A DNA stretch of 64,000 bases. Source: Octopus bimaculoides (Eukaryota). The notes beneath the pieces were generated by a model. It was not told the origin of the DNA, did not search any database, and saw only the letters and a program-made list of their open reading frames with translations. The stretch is taken from contig NC_068998.1 of NCBI RefSeq assembly GCF_001194135.2, forward strand, positions 42,650,493-42,714,492, given 5' to 3'. Below are positions 1 through 11,961 of this stretch, piece by piece. The stretch's first letter is position 1. The number at the start of each line of letters is the position of its first letter. The position numbers and the translations under genes are program-made.

Positions 1-103
1 GGGGGGGGGGTCAATGAAATAGGTAGTTGTTGAACACTTGGATTGATGTAATCGTCTTACCCTCTCCGCCGTTATGACTGGCCTTGTGCCAAAATCTGAA
101 GCC
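1..103 (+). mobile_element. SINE family A, degenerate 3' part (tail type iii, ...ggccttgtgccaaaat)
   Basis: Matches the 3' ends of family A copies at 5545-5748 and 59205-59412. Confidence 0.6.
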
Positions 104-450
104 TTTATCATCGTCGTCATCTTCATCATCATCATCACCACCATCATCACCACCATCATCAGCAGCAGCATCACCACCATCATCATCACCATCATCATCA
201 CCATCATCATCATCGTCACCATCATCATCATCATCGTCATCATCATCATCATCATCGTCATCATCATCATTATTATTATTATTATTATTATTATCATTAT
301 TATTATTATTATTGCTATTTTTATCATTTTCATCAATGGGTATATATTTATATATATTATATCTTATATACCAAAATCTGAAGCCATCATCATCATCATC
401 ATCATCAACATTATTATTATTATTAATATTATTATTATTATAGTCATTGC
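104..450. repeat. Compound (ATC)n/(ATT)n microsatellite containing a local tandem duplication
   Basis: Direct reading. ccaaaatctgaagcc occurs at about 89 and 371; attgctatttttat..ttttcatca.tggg occurs at about 311 and 447. Confidence 0.95.
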
Positions 451-471
451 TATTTTTATTATTTTCATCAG

Positions 472-573
472 TGGGTCAAGTACTTATGCGTCTGAAACTG
501 AAGCGAAGAGGTTTGCGGAGGTCTTTATTACGTGGACGGTTGCAGTCGACGGTCGGATCACAAAGTTCTGAAG
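472..573 (+). CDS. Candidate internal exon (102 nt, phase 1-1) of an unidentified host gene; open frame GQVLMRLKLKRRGLRRSLLRGRLQSTVGSQSSE
   Basis: Pyrimidine-rich acceptor ttttcatcAG ends at 471 and a strong donor AAG|GTAAGT starts at 574. Length is divisible by 3, one frame is stop-free, and the sequence is non-repetitive and CpG-rich. No homologue recognised. Confidence 0.4.
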
Positions 574-1473
574 GTAAGTAAGTATTTCTGGCCCTTTGCA
601 GTTGTACACGGCGATTGTTAGCGGGAGGGGCGTGGAGATGGGGGGTTGTGGAAGGATTAATAATCAGAAAAACGTGAAAGCAAACATTTATTTTTCAAAT
701 AATTGAAATAGGAGTGTGAATATATAATAGCTGAATATAAATCAAATTGGAAAATATTAAGGTGTGTGTGTGTGTGTGTGTGTGTGCATGTGTGTGGTTT
801 GTGTGTGTGTGCATGTGTGTATGAATGTGTATGTGTGTTTGGTAGCAATACATACGAACATATACTTACACACATATACGATGTATTGTATATTTATATT
901 TCGGTATTACTATATACATGTGAGTGTATATGTATATGTATATATAAATGTGTGTTTGTGTGTGTGTGTGAATAAATATGTGTGTATGTATAAATATATC
1001 AGATATAATATATACAAACATATATATTACACACACACGTACATACATACGCACGCACATGCAAGCGCACACGGACTTACACACACACTCACATATATAC
1101 AGAAGATATACATGTGAGTGTAATCGTGTGTGTGTGTGTTTGAACAGGCCATAGATGTATAAGGAAAATCATAGTGCTCTCTTATCGTCATAATAATGTT
1201 ATACTACCGCAAGTGACCAAGATGTAATTATTTTAGTTCCAAGTCATAATCTGAGATCAAATTACTGACTAAACACATACAGCTTTGGATTATAATAATA
1301 TTCGATCGAAGCTGATCAATCATTCCAATGTTTTTTGACAGCTTAAGGATTCCACGTGGCGAGAAACTCTAAGTGGTAGCCACTGTATCAATTATCAACA
1401 TCCAATGATTATATACACACACATATATATACGTATGTATGTATGTATTTTTGTTTGTATGTATGTTTATATG

Positions 1474-1507
<34 letters not shown>

Positions 1508-1569
1508 TGTATGCATGCATGTATGCGCATGTGTGTACGTTTATGATTACATGTGTACGAATCAAAAGG

Positions 1570-1945
1570 AAAAGGTTTGAGAAGTTTATCATGAATAAAA
1601 GAAAATATTTACATTATTATCAAAATGCTACCGGTTCCAATTGTTATTAGATAAATTTAGTCATGCTGCAAGAAAATGAAAAATAAACTGAATAAAATTT
1701 GTCATGATAACAGTTTTATAATTTTACCAACTTTCTTTTACAAAATTCACATAATGCTGGCAGCTGGTCTATTTTTTTTTTTTTTTTTTTTTTTTGGCTA
1801 CTGAGAATAATTTAAATTTATTTCAATATATAGTTTCTTTTCCTTACAGCATGACTAAATTTGCATAAAAACAACTGAGACCTATAATTTTGTGATAAAA
1901 ATGTAATTTTTTCTTTTACTAATGATAATATTCTCAAAGCATTTT
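1570..1945. mobile_element. Degenerate MITE-like element with ~145-bp inverted arms
   Basis: 1570-1715 aligns by eye with the reverse complement of 1805-1945 (e.g. aaatttagtcatgctg / cagcatgactaaattt). Confidence 0.65.
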
Positions 1946-2904
1946 TTTAAAAATAGAAATTTACTCGTCTGAAGGTTTTTAACCCCCTTGTACACACATA
2001 TAAATGTATGTATGTATGTATGTATGTACGTATGTATGCATGTATGTATGTATGTGTGTTTGTGTGTGTAAAGTATGCAATATATGTGTGTGTACGTGTG
2101 TGTTTTTTACGAAACAAAATGTAATACACAATACACAGTAAGGAATTTATATTCACTGTGACTGATGATAGTTCTTTCAAGTTTTGTATTAACTGATCGG
2201 TGTATGAGTCCCAGATCACATACTTCCCTCAAAGATAAGTAAACACACGGCCTTCACCATAAAACCAACATGAAATTGCTTTAACCCACCACCTATCCAC
2301 TGCAGTTCCTGACTTTCCTAAACAGTGATTTATGTAGTATCTATAACATTGTGACTATCGAATGAGATTGCACTAGATCCTCTGTAAACACTTTCAAAAA
2401 GCGTTATTAAAAACAGCTACATTCATTTAGTTCAATGAACAAAAAACTCGACATCGGTATACCATTTCCCCAGGAAACTCAGAAACCAAGAATCAGAACG
2501 CCCTCAAATAACAAGGAACATTGTCAAAGAAACCATAGTAAACTTAAATCACAAACCTAGAGGCTTGTTTTCAATGAAAATTTCTGGTTGCTAAACATCC
2601 AGCGCTATTATTAACGGAGATTTAATATATTATCTTATTGTCGGCTTCAGTGGAGTTACTGTTCGGACCAAGCCTTGCCTTTCAAACGCCTGTCATCAGA
2701 TGCGATAGAAATGTAGTTTGATGACAAAAGATGTGGAAGTGGTGGTTTATAAAACAGTACTCCCCAAACCAATACGTCTAACCTATCACATACTGGACCA
2801 CGTGACAGCTTACCTATCGGGAACGTTTTCGGATGATCTTCTACTATAAAACGTGTACTCTGCGTGTGTAAGACTTCGAGTACCAATGAAATCAACCAAT
2901 TCTC

Positions 2905-3030
2905 AATACATGTGTCACGCTGTGTCACAATGTCACGCTGAATCTCCCTGAGAACTACGTTGTGACGACGCATGTTTGTAGAGTGCTCAGTCACTTGCAC
3001 ATCAATTTCCCAAGCAGGTTCATACAGGGC
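2905..3030 (+). mobile_element. SINE family B tail fragment
   Basis: gctgaatctccctgagaactacgtt...gagtgctcagtcacttgcac matches the tails of the copies at 13165-13475 and 27766-28154. Confidence 0.7.
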
Positions 3031-3103
3031 TTGATGTCAGGCAGTGAGAACTCTGAAAACTGATAACTTTCTGAAAACTGTATAATTCTTTTTAATGAAA
3101 TTT

Positions 3104-3250
3104 TGCAGAGATAGGAGTAGATTGTAATTACGTTGATAAAATATCGTAAAATAATAAAATATATTTATTTGTGATAAATATATTTGCAGAGATGGATGTA
3201 GATTGACGTATGTTGATAAGACAGTAAAACAAGAAAATAATATTTATTTG
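3104..3250. repeat. Two-copy ~80-bp degenerate tandem duplication
   Basis: ttgcagagat.g.a.gtagattg...gttgataa...atatttatttg occurs at about 3104 and 3184. Confidence 0.75.
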
Positions 3251-3454
3251 AAAATACACAAATGAGAAATTTGTTTTATTTTATTTTATTTTAAAGTAAT
3301 AAATATTCTTCTTTGAAAGTTAGTATTCATTTCATCATATTGTATAAGCAGCAAGAAATTTGATAAAAGTTGAATTATAATTATTGTAGATATGCAATAT
3401 TTCCTAATACTCATGATAGCAAAAATATACTTTCAAATTTACCCGTCGTATCAC

Positions 3455-3665
3455 CAGGGCCGGTTTTAATCCATTTAGACAGATTTCTTCAAACTGGGCC
3501 CTGCGCCAAGAGAGAGCTTCACGTACACGCTCAAGCGGAGGACGCTATGATGGATTCTTAGTATATCATTCTGGCTCAACACTTTTTGGCTGGGATTGGC
3601 GTTCTATGCGGTACATAAAACATCAATCTTCAACTTGGGATCCGCACTTCCTAGCGTTAGCCCTG
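3455..3665. mobile_element. hAT-like MITE (CAGGGC...GCCCTG termini)
   Basis: Terminal inverted repeats; flanking 8-mers cgtatcac/catatcat (6/8); internal sequence shared with 36721-37045. Confidence 0.7.
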
Positions 3666-3673
3666 CATATCAT

Positions 3674-4043
3674 CGTAGGTGGACAATTTGCCGACAGATA
3701 TTTGGCCGACAGACAACTTACAGATAAGGCAATTGACTGATTGAACAATTTGCCGAAAAGACAATATGTCGACATCTTTTTTTTTAAATTAAGTAAAAAT
3801 TACAAAGATGTTTTATTAGATTTACAAATAAAAAACAATTTATTTATAAAAAGATATTACATACGAATTGCCTGCCGGCGAATTGTCTGTCGGCGAATTG
3901 TCTGTCGAGAATTGTCTGTCGAGAATTGTCTGTCGACGAATTGTCTGTCGACGAATGGTCTGTCGATGAATTGTCTGTTAGTGAATTATTCGTCGGTGAA
4001 TTGTCTGTCGACGAATTGTCTGCTGGCGAATTGTCTGCACATG
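3674..4043. mobile_element. Foldback/MULE-like non-autonomous element with inverted arrays of a ~15-bp subrepeat (cgaattgtctgtcg)
   Basis: The left array (gacaatttgccgac...) is the reverse complement of the right array (about 12 units, 3865-4040). 9-bp flanks gcatatcat/gcatatcac (8/9). Confidence 0.65.
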
Positions 4044-4429
4044 GCATATCACAAAGGACACTTTAATATTCCTTAAATCCTCCTTGTATTCACGATGGAC
4101 TCTCTATTTGNNNNNNNNNNNNNNNNNNNNNNNNNNNNNNNNNNNNNNNNNNNNNNNNNNNNNNNNNNNNNNNNNNNNNNNNNNNNNNNNNNNNNNNNNN
4201 NNNNNNNNNNNNNNNNNNNNNNNNNNNNNNNNNNNNNNNNNNNNNNNNNNNNNNNNNNNNNNNNNNNNNNNNNNNNNNNNNNNNNNNNNNNNNNNNNNNN
4301 NNNNNNNNNNNNNNNNNNNNNNNNNNNNNNNNNNNNNNNNNNNNNNNNNNNNNNNNNNNNNNNNNNNNNNNNNNNNNNNNNNNNNNNNNNNNNNNNNNNN
4401 NNNNNNNNNNNNNNNNNNNNNNNNNNNNN

Positions 4430-4925
4430 GTCTGTCCGTGTTGGTCCCCTTCTATGTTTAACTCCCTGCGGGCAATAAAGAAATAAAGATTGTTTTCAAA
4501 TTTTGGCACAAGGCCAGTAAGTTCGGAGGAAGGGCTAAGTCAATTACATCGACTCCAATGCTCATCTGGTACTTTCATCGAGCCCGAAAGAACGAAAGGT
4601 AAAGTCGACCTCGGCGTAATTTGAACCCGTAAAAACGGACAACGTACCGCTAAATATTTTGCCTGACGTGCTGAGGGTTCCGGCAGCTGATTGGTTTCAA
4701 ATTTTGGCACAAGGTAGCAATTTCAAAAGAACAGGTAAGTCGATTACAATTCATTCCAATGCTCAACTGGTAATTATTCTTTCGACTCTGAAAAGATGAA
4801 AGGCAAGGTCGACCTCAGAAAAATATCTAAATCAGAACGTTAAAACGGAAATGTCGGCACGCCGGACGGAATGCTTACCGGCATTCCGTCCGGCGTGCCG
4901 ACATTTCTGTCAGCTTGCCGCCTTT
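4430..4925 (-). mobile_element. Cluster of SINE family A copies: one + strand tail (4430-4490) and two tandem - strand copies (4490-4690, 4695-4925)
   Basis: Family motifs gaaaggcaaagtcgacctcggc and ttttggcacaaggccag are present. Confidence 0.8.
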
Positions 4926-5334
4926 ATACTGCGTGAAATATTCACCTTCGTAAACGAAATTACCTTTCTTTTATGCTGGCACCGGGAGGAGTAGGAAAAC
5001 TTCAGCAAAATTGCTTAACAGAAATCAAACTTAGATTATTACTTTACTGTCTAATATCGCTGTGTGTAGATTATAGATTTTTATTACATTTTAGTGATTG
5101 ATTATTGGTAAATTGATATTGAACAGTCATTGTTTTGTGCTATATTGTATTCTGTGAGTGTGTGTGTGTGTGTGTGTGTGTTTATGTTGCTATGTATTTA
5201 CTATTTTGTATACATACGTACATATGTACACATACAGAAGTGCTCGAAACCCCAACCTCACGAAATAGGTATGTGTATGTGTGCTTACATATATATATAT
5301 ATATATATATANNNNNNNNNNGTGTGTATTTCAT

Positions 5335-5394
<60 letters not shown>

Positions 5395-5544
5395 TATATG
5401 TGTGAATACTTATAAAACATTGCAACAATCTATCTTACGCATACATAACTCTGTGCCAAGCAGCAGGGAGGGTCGTGATGGGAGGGGCGCTATTGTTTCT
5501 ACTGGTTATTGATCATCGATATATCTACCTTCTGTAGGCAACCG

Positions 5545-5890
5545 AGCTGATAGAATCATTAGCGCGTCGAACAAAATACTTAGCGACACTTCTTTCGGCT
5601 CTTTACATTCTAAGTTCAAATTTAACTGAGGTCAACGTTACCTTTCATCCTTTCAGGGTCGATAAAGTACCAGTGAAATACTGGGGTCGTTGTAATCGAC
5701 TTACCTCTTCCTCTGATCCTGCTGGCCTTGTGCCAAAATTTGATACCAGTACATCTACAGTAGTAAGTCGGACATAATGCTTAGCAGCATTTATCACTCT
5801 CTTTTTTCTTTTTCTTTTTTAATTTTAAGTTCAAATCCAGCCGAGATCGACTTTACCGTTCATCCTTTCGGGGTCGATGAAATAAGTGCA
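5545..5890 (+). mobile_element. SINE family A copy (5545-5748) plus a partial copy (5775-5890)
   Basis: Degenerate A/B-box head (gatagaatcattagc...aagttcaaatt) and the family body. Confidence 0.75.
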
Positions 5891-5903
5891 TCAAGTAGAA
5901 AAG

Positions 5904-5904
<1 letters not shown>

Positions 5905-5936
<32 letters not shown>

Positions 5937-6590
5937 GAAAGAGAGAGCAGCGCATCCCATCAAACGACACTGGGGTAAATATATGCGAAGCCCATTATAC
6001 CCATCATGACTACCCGTCTGATAAGGGTACACCAGACACATGCATCACAACCATATGTGTGCGACATGGTGATCTCATATCAAGATAAACAGCGCATGAC
6101 CTTGCAGGTGGGGCCCAGTTAGAATTTTCTTCAGCTCGAGTAGCCCATCCTACTCAAAAGATCCCTGAATTACAGTTGTTTAAGGNNNNNNNNNNGACAC
6201 ATGCATCACAACCATATGTGTGCGACATGGTGATCTCATATCAAGATAAACAGCGCATGACCTTGCAGGTGGGGCCCAGTTAGAATTTTCTTCAGCTCGA
6301 GTAGCCCATCCTACTCAAAAGATCCCTGAATTACAGTTGTTTAAGGATGTTGAATGAAACACCCATGTTTCCAGAGGTGAATTATTCAAACACGAAAGAA
6401 TACTTCTCAACTTATAGCTATGATGCTCCTCAACTACTTCTGCTCGTGATCAGAGATGTACATATCGTCAGCCACCAAGGGACATGCTCAACTGGTTAAG
6501 GTCAAACAACTGACAAGCAAATCTGTGGTATTGAGCAGAATATTTGCTGTAGCCCATCTTTTTATACCAAGACAAAACAATGTAGATGAT
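5905..6590 (-). mobile_element. 3' end of a non-LTR retroelement with (AAT)n tail; a ~40-bp stub of the same end lies at about 19420-19465
   Basis: The (ATT)n tract is followed by gaaagagagagcagcgcatcccatcaaacgacactgggg; the same end recurs at 19421. Family not assigned. Confidence 0.6.
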
Positions 6591-6639
6591 AACACTTCCA
6601 ATCAGTTAAGATCAGAAGCCATGAGAGCCACTTCCTGTT

Positions 6640-6750
6640 ACTGCATCAGGGCACGGCATCTCGTTCATCTTCACGTTCTGAGTTCAAATTCCGCCGAGGT
6701 CCATTTTGCCTTTCATCGTTTCGGGGTCGATAAAATAAGTACCAGTAAAA
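6640..6750 (+). mobile_element. SINE family A, internal fragment
   Basis: cacgttctgagttcaaattccgccgaggtc...ggggtcgataaaataagtaccag. Confidence 0.8.
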
Positions 6751-6977
6751 CAAAACTACTGGCCTTCTACCTTCAGTAGAAACGATTTTTATAGTAATAA
6801 TAATAATTATTATTATAATTGCTTTCGCTGCTCTTTCTTGCAAGGCGAACGACCACGTACAGACGTCTTAAGGGCTCCAGTGAGTTCTACTATCATATGA
6901 ACTGTGAATCGAACCTGTGCTGTTGATTGCATGTTACAAAGATAGCAGCGGTAGATCAACAGCAGGAAGATGAAGAG

Positions 6978-7052
6978 TAGGGGATGGAGGGTGAAGTGGG
7001 GATGGAGGGTGAAGAGGGGATGGAGGGTGAAGAGGGGATGGAGGGTGAAGAG
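6978..7052. repeat. 18-bp G-rich minisatellite (ggggatggagggtgaaga), 4 copies
   Basis: Direct reading. Confidence 0.9.
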
Positions 7053-7172
7053 GAGGAGCGACGTATGAAAAAGTGGAGGGGAGGGGAGTGGTGTGAACAA
7101 CGACCACAAAGTCAATAAAAGGAACAACGGCGTCAACAATAATCACGTGCAATAACAGAGATGCACCTCAGA

Positions 7173-7203
<31 letters not shown>

Positions 7204-7442
7204 AATGGATCTTACAGAGGACAGCAACAACAACAACAGCAACACAGCAACTGCAACGTGTTGCCTTATTGGGTTTGACGGTAGGGGTGGTGGTTGTGAT
7301 GGTGGTGGCGGCGGTGGTGATGGTGGTGATGGTGATGGTGGTGCTGTTGTGAGGAGCTGGAAGCTGGCATCTTAACGGCCAAAACATTAACTTGCACACA
7401 GACACAGAGCCATATATGCAAACAGTAACTTACACAAAACAA

Positions 7443-7820
7443 GGTGCAAGTATGGCTGTGCGGTAAGAAGCTTGCTTGCCAACCACATGGTTCCAGGTTC
7501 AGTGCCACTGCGTGGCACCTTGGGCAAGTGTCTTCTACTATAGCCTTGGGCTGACCAAAGCCTTGTGAGTGGATTTGGCAGACGGAAACTGAAAGAAGCC
7601 CGTCGTATATATGTGTGTTTGTCCCCACTCACCACCATCGTTTGACTACCGATGCTGGTGTGTTTATGTCCTCGTACCTTAGCAGTACGGCAAAAGACCG
7701 ACAGAATAAGTACTAGGCTTACAACGAATAAGTCCTGGGGTCGTGTTCTTCGACTAAAACCCTTAAGGCGGTGCTGCAGCATGGCCGTAATGAAATAGCT
7801 GAAACAAGTAAAAGAATAAA
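7443..7820 (+). mobile_element. SINE family C (tRNA-like head, CORE-like accttgggcaagtgtctt box, internal TA/TG tract), near full length
   Basis: Head ggctgtgcggtaagaagcttgc...ggttcagtgcc; tail gaaacaagtaaaagaataaa. Confidence 0.85.
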
Positions 7821-8196
7821 CACACACTCACATACACACATATACGCACCCAGAACAAACCTTCATACTTACAAACACGTAGACGCATACATACATACAT
7901 ACACGCACACACGTACACAAGCAGAGAGTCTGCTCTTACGAGATACTTGGACAAGCCAAGGGCTCCTCTACCTGGACGATGGCCGTATGAATATATCTAG
8001 GCATGTACGTGTGTATGTATTACGCCTGTCTCTCTCTCACCATCCCTCTCTGTATCTCTCTCGCTCTTTCTCTCTCTCTCTCTCTCTCTACATATATATA
8101 TATATATATACGTGTGTGTGTGTGTGTGTATATTTATATGTTCGTATATACATACATACATACATATATACAAGTGTCTTCATAGTATGTATATAT

Positions 8197-8228
<32 letters not shown>

Positions 8229-8348
8229 ACTTTTCATATATACATACACACCACATATATATATTTATGTGTGTGTGTTTGTATGTGTGTGTGTACGTAT
8301 GTATGTATATAATATACAGATTGGCAGCCCGTAATAATAGTCATCATC

Positions 8349-8379
<31 letters not shown>

Positions 8380-8594
8380 TCGTCGTCAAGTGTAGCATCA
8401 TTAACATCACACGCGTACTTTATGCTAACCACCACCAACAACAACAACAACAAAATCCCCACCGCCGCCAACAACAACAACACTGATCACAACTTTCATT
8501 TTTTGTTTTGTGTGTTTTTCTTGTGTGTGTGTTCTGCCTTTCTTTTCCCAATAAAACTTTATATAGTGTAGGTGTTGTGTCCCAGGGGGAGAGA

Positions 8595-8629
<35 letters not shown>

Positions 8630-9589
8630 GGGATCTTTGAACAATAATCATTTCTTACTTAGTCATCAAATCACAAATCTGTGGGTAGCGAGGGGAAGGA
8701 AGGGAGGAGAGCAGTAATCGATTAAATCAATATTGATCCTGTATTTCATTGGTATATATATGTAGAAAAACAAATATACTAAAGACGTTACGTGCGTGTA
8801 AATAGGTATACGTATATTTATGTGTATGTATGTGTGCATGTGTGCATGTATATATGTATATATATATCTATTTATATAAATATATATATATATATATGTA
8901 TATGTGTGTGTATATATATGTATGTATATGTGTGTGTATATATATATATGTATATATATGTATATATATGTATATATATATATATATATGTATGTATATA
9001 TATACATATATATTATATATATATAAATATATATGTTTGTGTGTGTGTGTGTGTGTGTCTGTGTGTGTATGTGTGTGTGTGTGTGCGTGCCCATATAAAT
9101 ATATTTAAAATAAGAACACGAATGGGTTAAATGTTCACTACAACCGTTTCAGATGCATTCTCTCTTTTTTTTTATATGTATTTCGGATACATCATGGTAA
9201 AACCGTTTTCCTCAGGTAATTAAAAATTTGGTTAGGAGACAAAACTACCGCAAAATGTGGGTTGACCCTGTCAGTTAGGCATCATTGCAGAGATGATGTA
9301 TTTGAAATATCCATCAACAATAAAAGGTGTGTGAAACAGCTGTAGTGAAACTTTAAGTTACTTGTTTTCTTCTTTTATGAAAATGCCGCACCTTATCTAA
9401 AGTTAGACCTGGAAATTTCATTGGGTCGTGAACATACATGTATACGGAGGCCCGGTGTATATTTTGCATGTGTATATGCATGTATATGTAAGGATGTATT
9501 TGTAAGTGACATACATATATATATACTGTTTCCTGCAGTCCTCAATGTGAAACTACCTTGATACAAAGGAATCATACAATGAATTAATA

Positions 9590-9773
9590 TAGGTGCAGGC
9601 ATGGCTGTGTGGGAAGAAGTTTGCTTCCCAGCCAGATGGTTCCTTGCTCAGTCCCACTGCGTGGCTCCTTGGACAAGTAAGTGTCTTCTACTATAGCCTC
9701 GGGCCGACAAAAGACTAGGTTGACGGAAATTGAAAGGAGGCCGTCGTATATGTGTGTGTGTGTTAGTATGTTT

Positions 9774-9808
<35 letters not shown>
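9590..9808 (+). mobile_element. SINE family C, 5' half running into a gap
   Basis: Head and CORE-like region followed by (TG)n. Confidence 0.8.
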
Positions 9809-10600
9809 NNNNNNNNNNNNNNNNNNNNNNNNNNNNNNNNNNNNNNNNNNNNNNNNNNNNNNNNNNNNNNNNNNNNNNNNNNNNNNNNNNNNNNNNNNNN
9901 NNNNNNNNNNNNNNNNNNNNNNNNNNNNNNNNNNNNNNNNNNNNNNNNNNNNNNNNNNNNNNNNNNNNNNNNNNNNNNNNNNNNNNNNNNNNNNNNNNNN
10001 NNNNNNNNNNNNNNNNNNNNNNNNNNNNNNNNNNNNNNNNNNNNNNNNNNNNNNNNNNNNNNNNNNNNNNNNNNNNNNNNNNNNNNNNNNNNNNNNNNNN
10101 NNNNNNNNNNNNNNNNNNNNNNNNNNNNNNNNNNNNNNNNNNNNNNNNNNNNNNNNNNNNNNNNNNNNNNNNNNNNNNNNNNNNNNNNNNNNNNNNNNNN
10201 NNNNNNNNNNNNNNNNNNNNNNNNNNNNNNNNNNNNNNNNNNNNNNNNNNNNNNNNNNNNNNNNNNNNNNNNNNNNNNNNNNNNNNNNNNNNNNNNNNNN
10301 NNNNNNNNNNNNNNNNNNNNNNNNNNNNNNNNNNNNNNNNNNNNNNNNNNNNNNNNNNNNNNNNNNNNNNNNNNNNNNNNNNNNNNNNNNNNNNNNNNNN
10401 NNNNNNNNNNNNNNNNNNNNNNNNNNNNNNNNNNNNNNNNNNNNNNNNNNNNNNNNNNNNNNNNNNNNNNNNNNNNNNNNNNNNNNNNNNNNNNNNNNNN
10501 NNNNNNNNNNNNNNNNNNNNNNNNNNNNNNNNNNNNNNNNNNNNNNNNNNNNNNNNNNNNNNNNNNNNNNNNNNNNNNNNNNNNNNNNNNNNNNNNNNNN

Positions 10601-10699
10601 TTCTATCGGTCTCTTTTGCCGAACCGCTAAGTGACGTGGACATAAACACACCAGCATCGGTTGTCAAGCAATGCTAGGGGGACAAACACAGACACACAA

Positions 10700-10730
<31 letters not shown>

Positions 10731-10901
10731 CATATATACGACGAGCTTCTTTCAGTTTCCGTCTACCAAATCCACTCACAAGGCTTTGGTCGGCCCGAGG
10801 CTATAGTACAAGACACTTGCCCAAGATGCCACGCAGTGGGACTGAACCCGGAACCATGTGGTTGGTAAGCAAGCTACTTACCACACAGCCACTCCTGCGC
10901 C
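10601..10901 (-). mobile_element. SINE family C, well-conserved copy
   Basis: Reverse complement of the family C consensus, including the head ...accacacagccactcctgcgcc. Confidence 0.9.
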
Positions 10902-11694
10902 CATATAATAAATATGTTAATAGTGATTTCGAAGTATCGATCTAACAGCCGTGATTAATCACCATGAACTCCACTCGAAGGAATAAAGTGTTTGAGTGAT
11001 CCTTCAGGTCAATGTTAAACTTTTTTGATATAGAACATTGCATAAAACAAATATGCGTGTGTGCATATGTGTGTATATATGTATATATATGTGTGTGTGC
11101 GTGTGTATATCTGTATACATATATATATATATATGCAAATATATATATATGTGTATATCTATCTATATACTTATCTATACACTCACACAAACACGCATAC
11201 ACAGACGCAGACACAAATATATATACATATATACATGTATACATGTGTGTGTGTGTGTATATGCGCAGGAGAAAGGCTAAAACTAACTGAGAGAAGGAGC
11301 AGACCGAGCGAGCAAGTGAGTGAGGGAGAGTGAGAGAAAGAAGGAGAGAGAGAGAGAGAAACAGACAGAGAGACAGAGGGAAACTCCACACACATAAATA
11401 ATAAACTACCATGATGTTTACTAAAACTAAATTAAAAATGAAATAAAAATAAAAATATTTCCGTTTATTGGAAAACAGAATTTTACAGGAGTTGCAGACC
11501 TTCAAACTGCCAGTGCACAGCAGCCATTATTTTCCCGCCAACTGTTATAGCTGTCTAAAATGGCGCGAAATTGTACGCTATAGTTCTCTGTTTACGTGTA
11601 TGCGTGTGATCTTGCGCATATACATTAAAACATATATACAAATATATATACATATATATATACCTTGGTACGAAGGAAACCTAAAATGAATTAA

Positions 11695-11860
11695 TATAGG
11701 CACAGGTGTGATAAGAAGTTTGCTTCCCAGCCAGATGTTTGCTTCCCAGCCAGATGGTCCCTTGTTTAGTCCCACTGCATAGCTCCTTGGACAAGTTTCT
11801 TCTACTATAGCCTCGGGCCGACAAAAGACTCGCTTGACGAAAATTGTTGTTAAGCTGAAA
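11695..11860 (+). mobile_element. SINE family C, 5' half with an internal ~19-bp duplication (tttgcttcccagccagatg x2)
   Basis: Shares diagnostic variants and upstream flank with the 9590 copy. Confidence 0.75.

Positions 11861-11961
<101 letters not shown>

Noticed and set aside
2670-2705. Minus-strand CUGAUGA...GAAA as a hammerhead
   Set aside because: No workable stem II, stem III or NUH site can be formed.
3865-4040. Regular short repeats as a CRISPR array
   Set aside because: There are no unique spacers; it is a tandem 15-mer array in a eukaryotic foldback element.
6035-6346. Exact 151-bp tandem duplication
   Set aside because: The identical copies flank a 10-N gap, which is the typical sign of an unmerged contig overlap.
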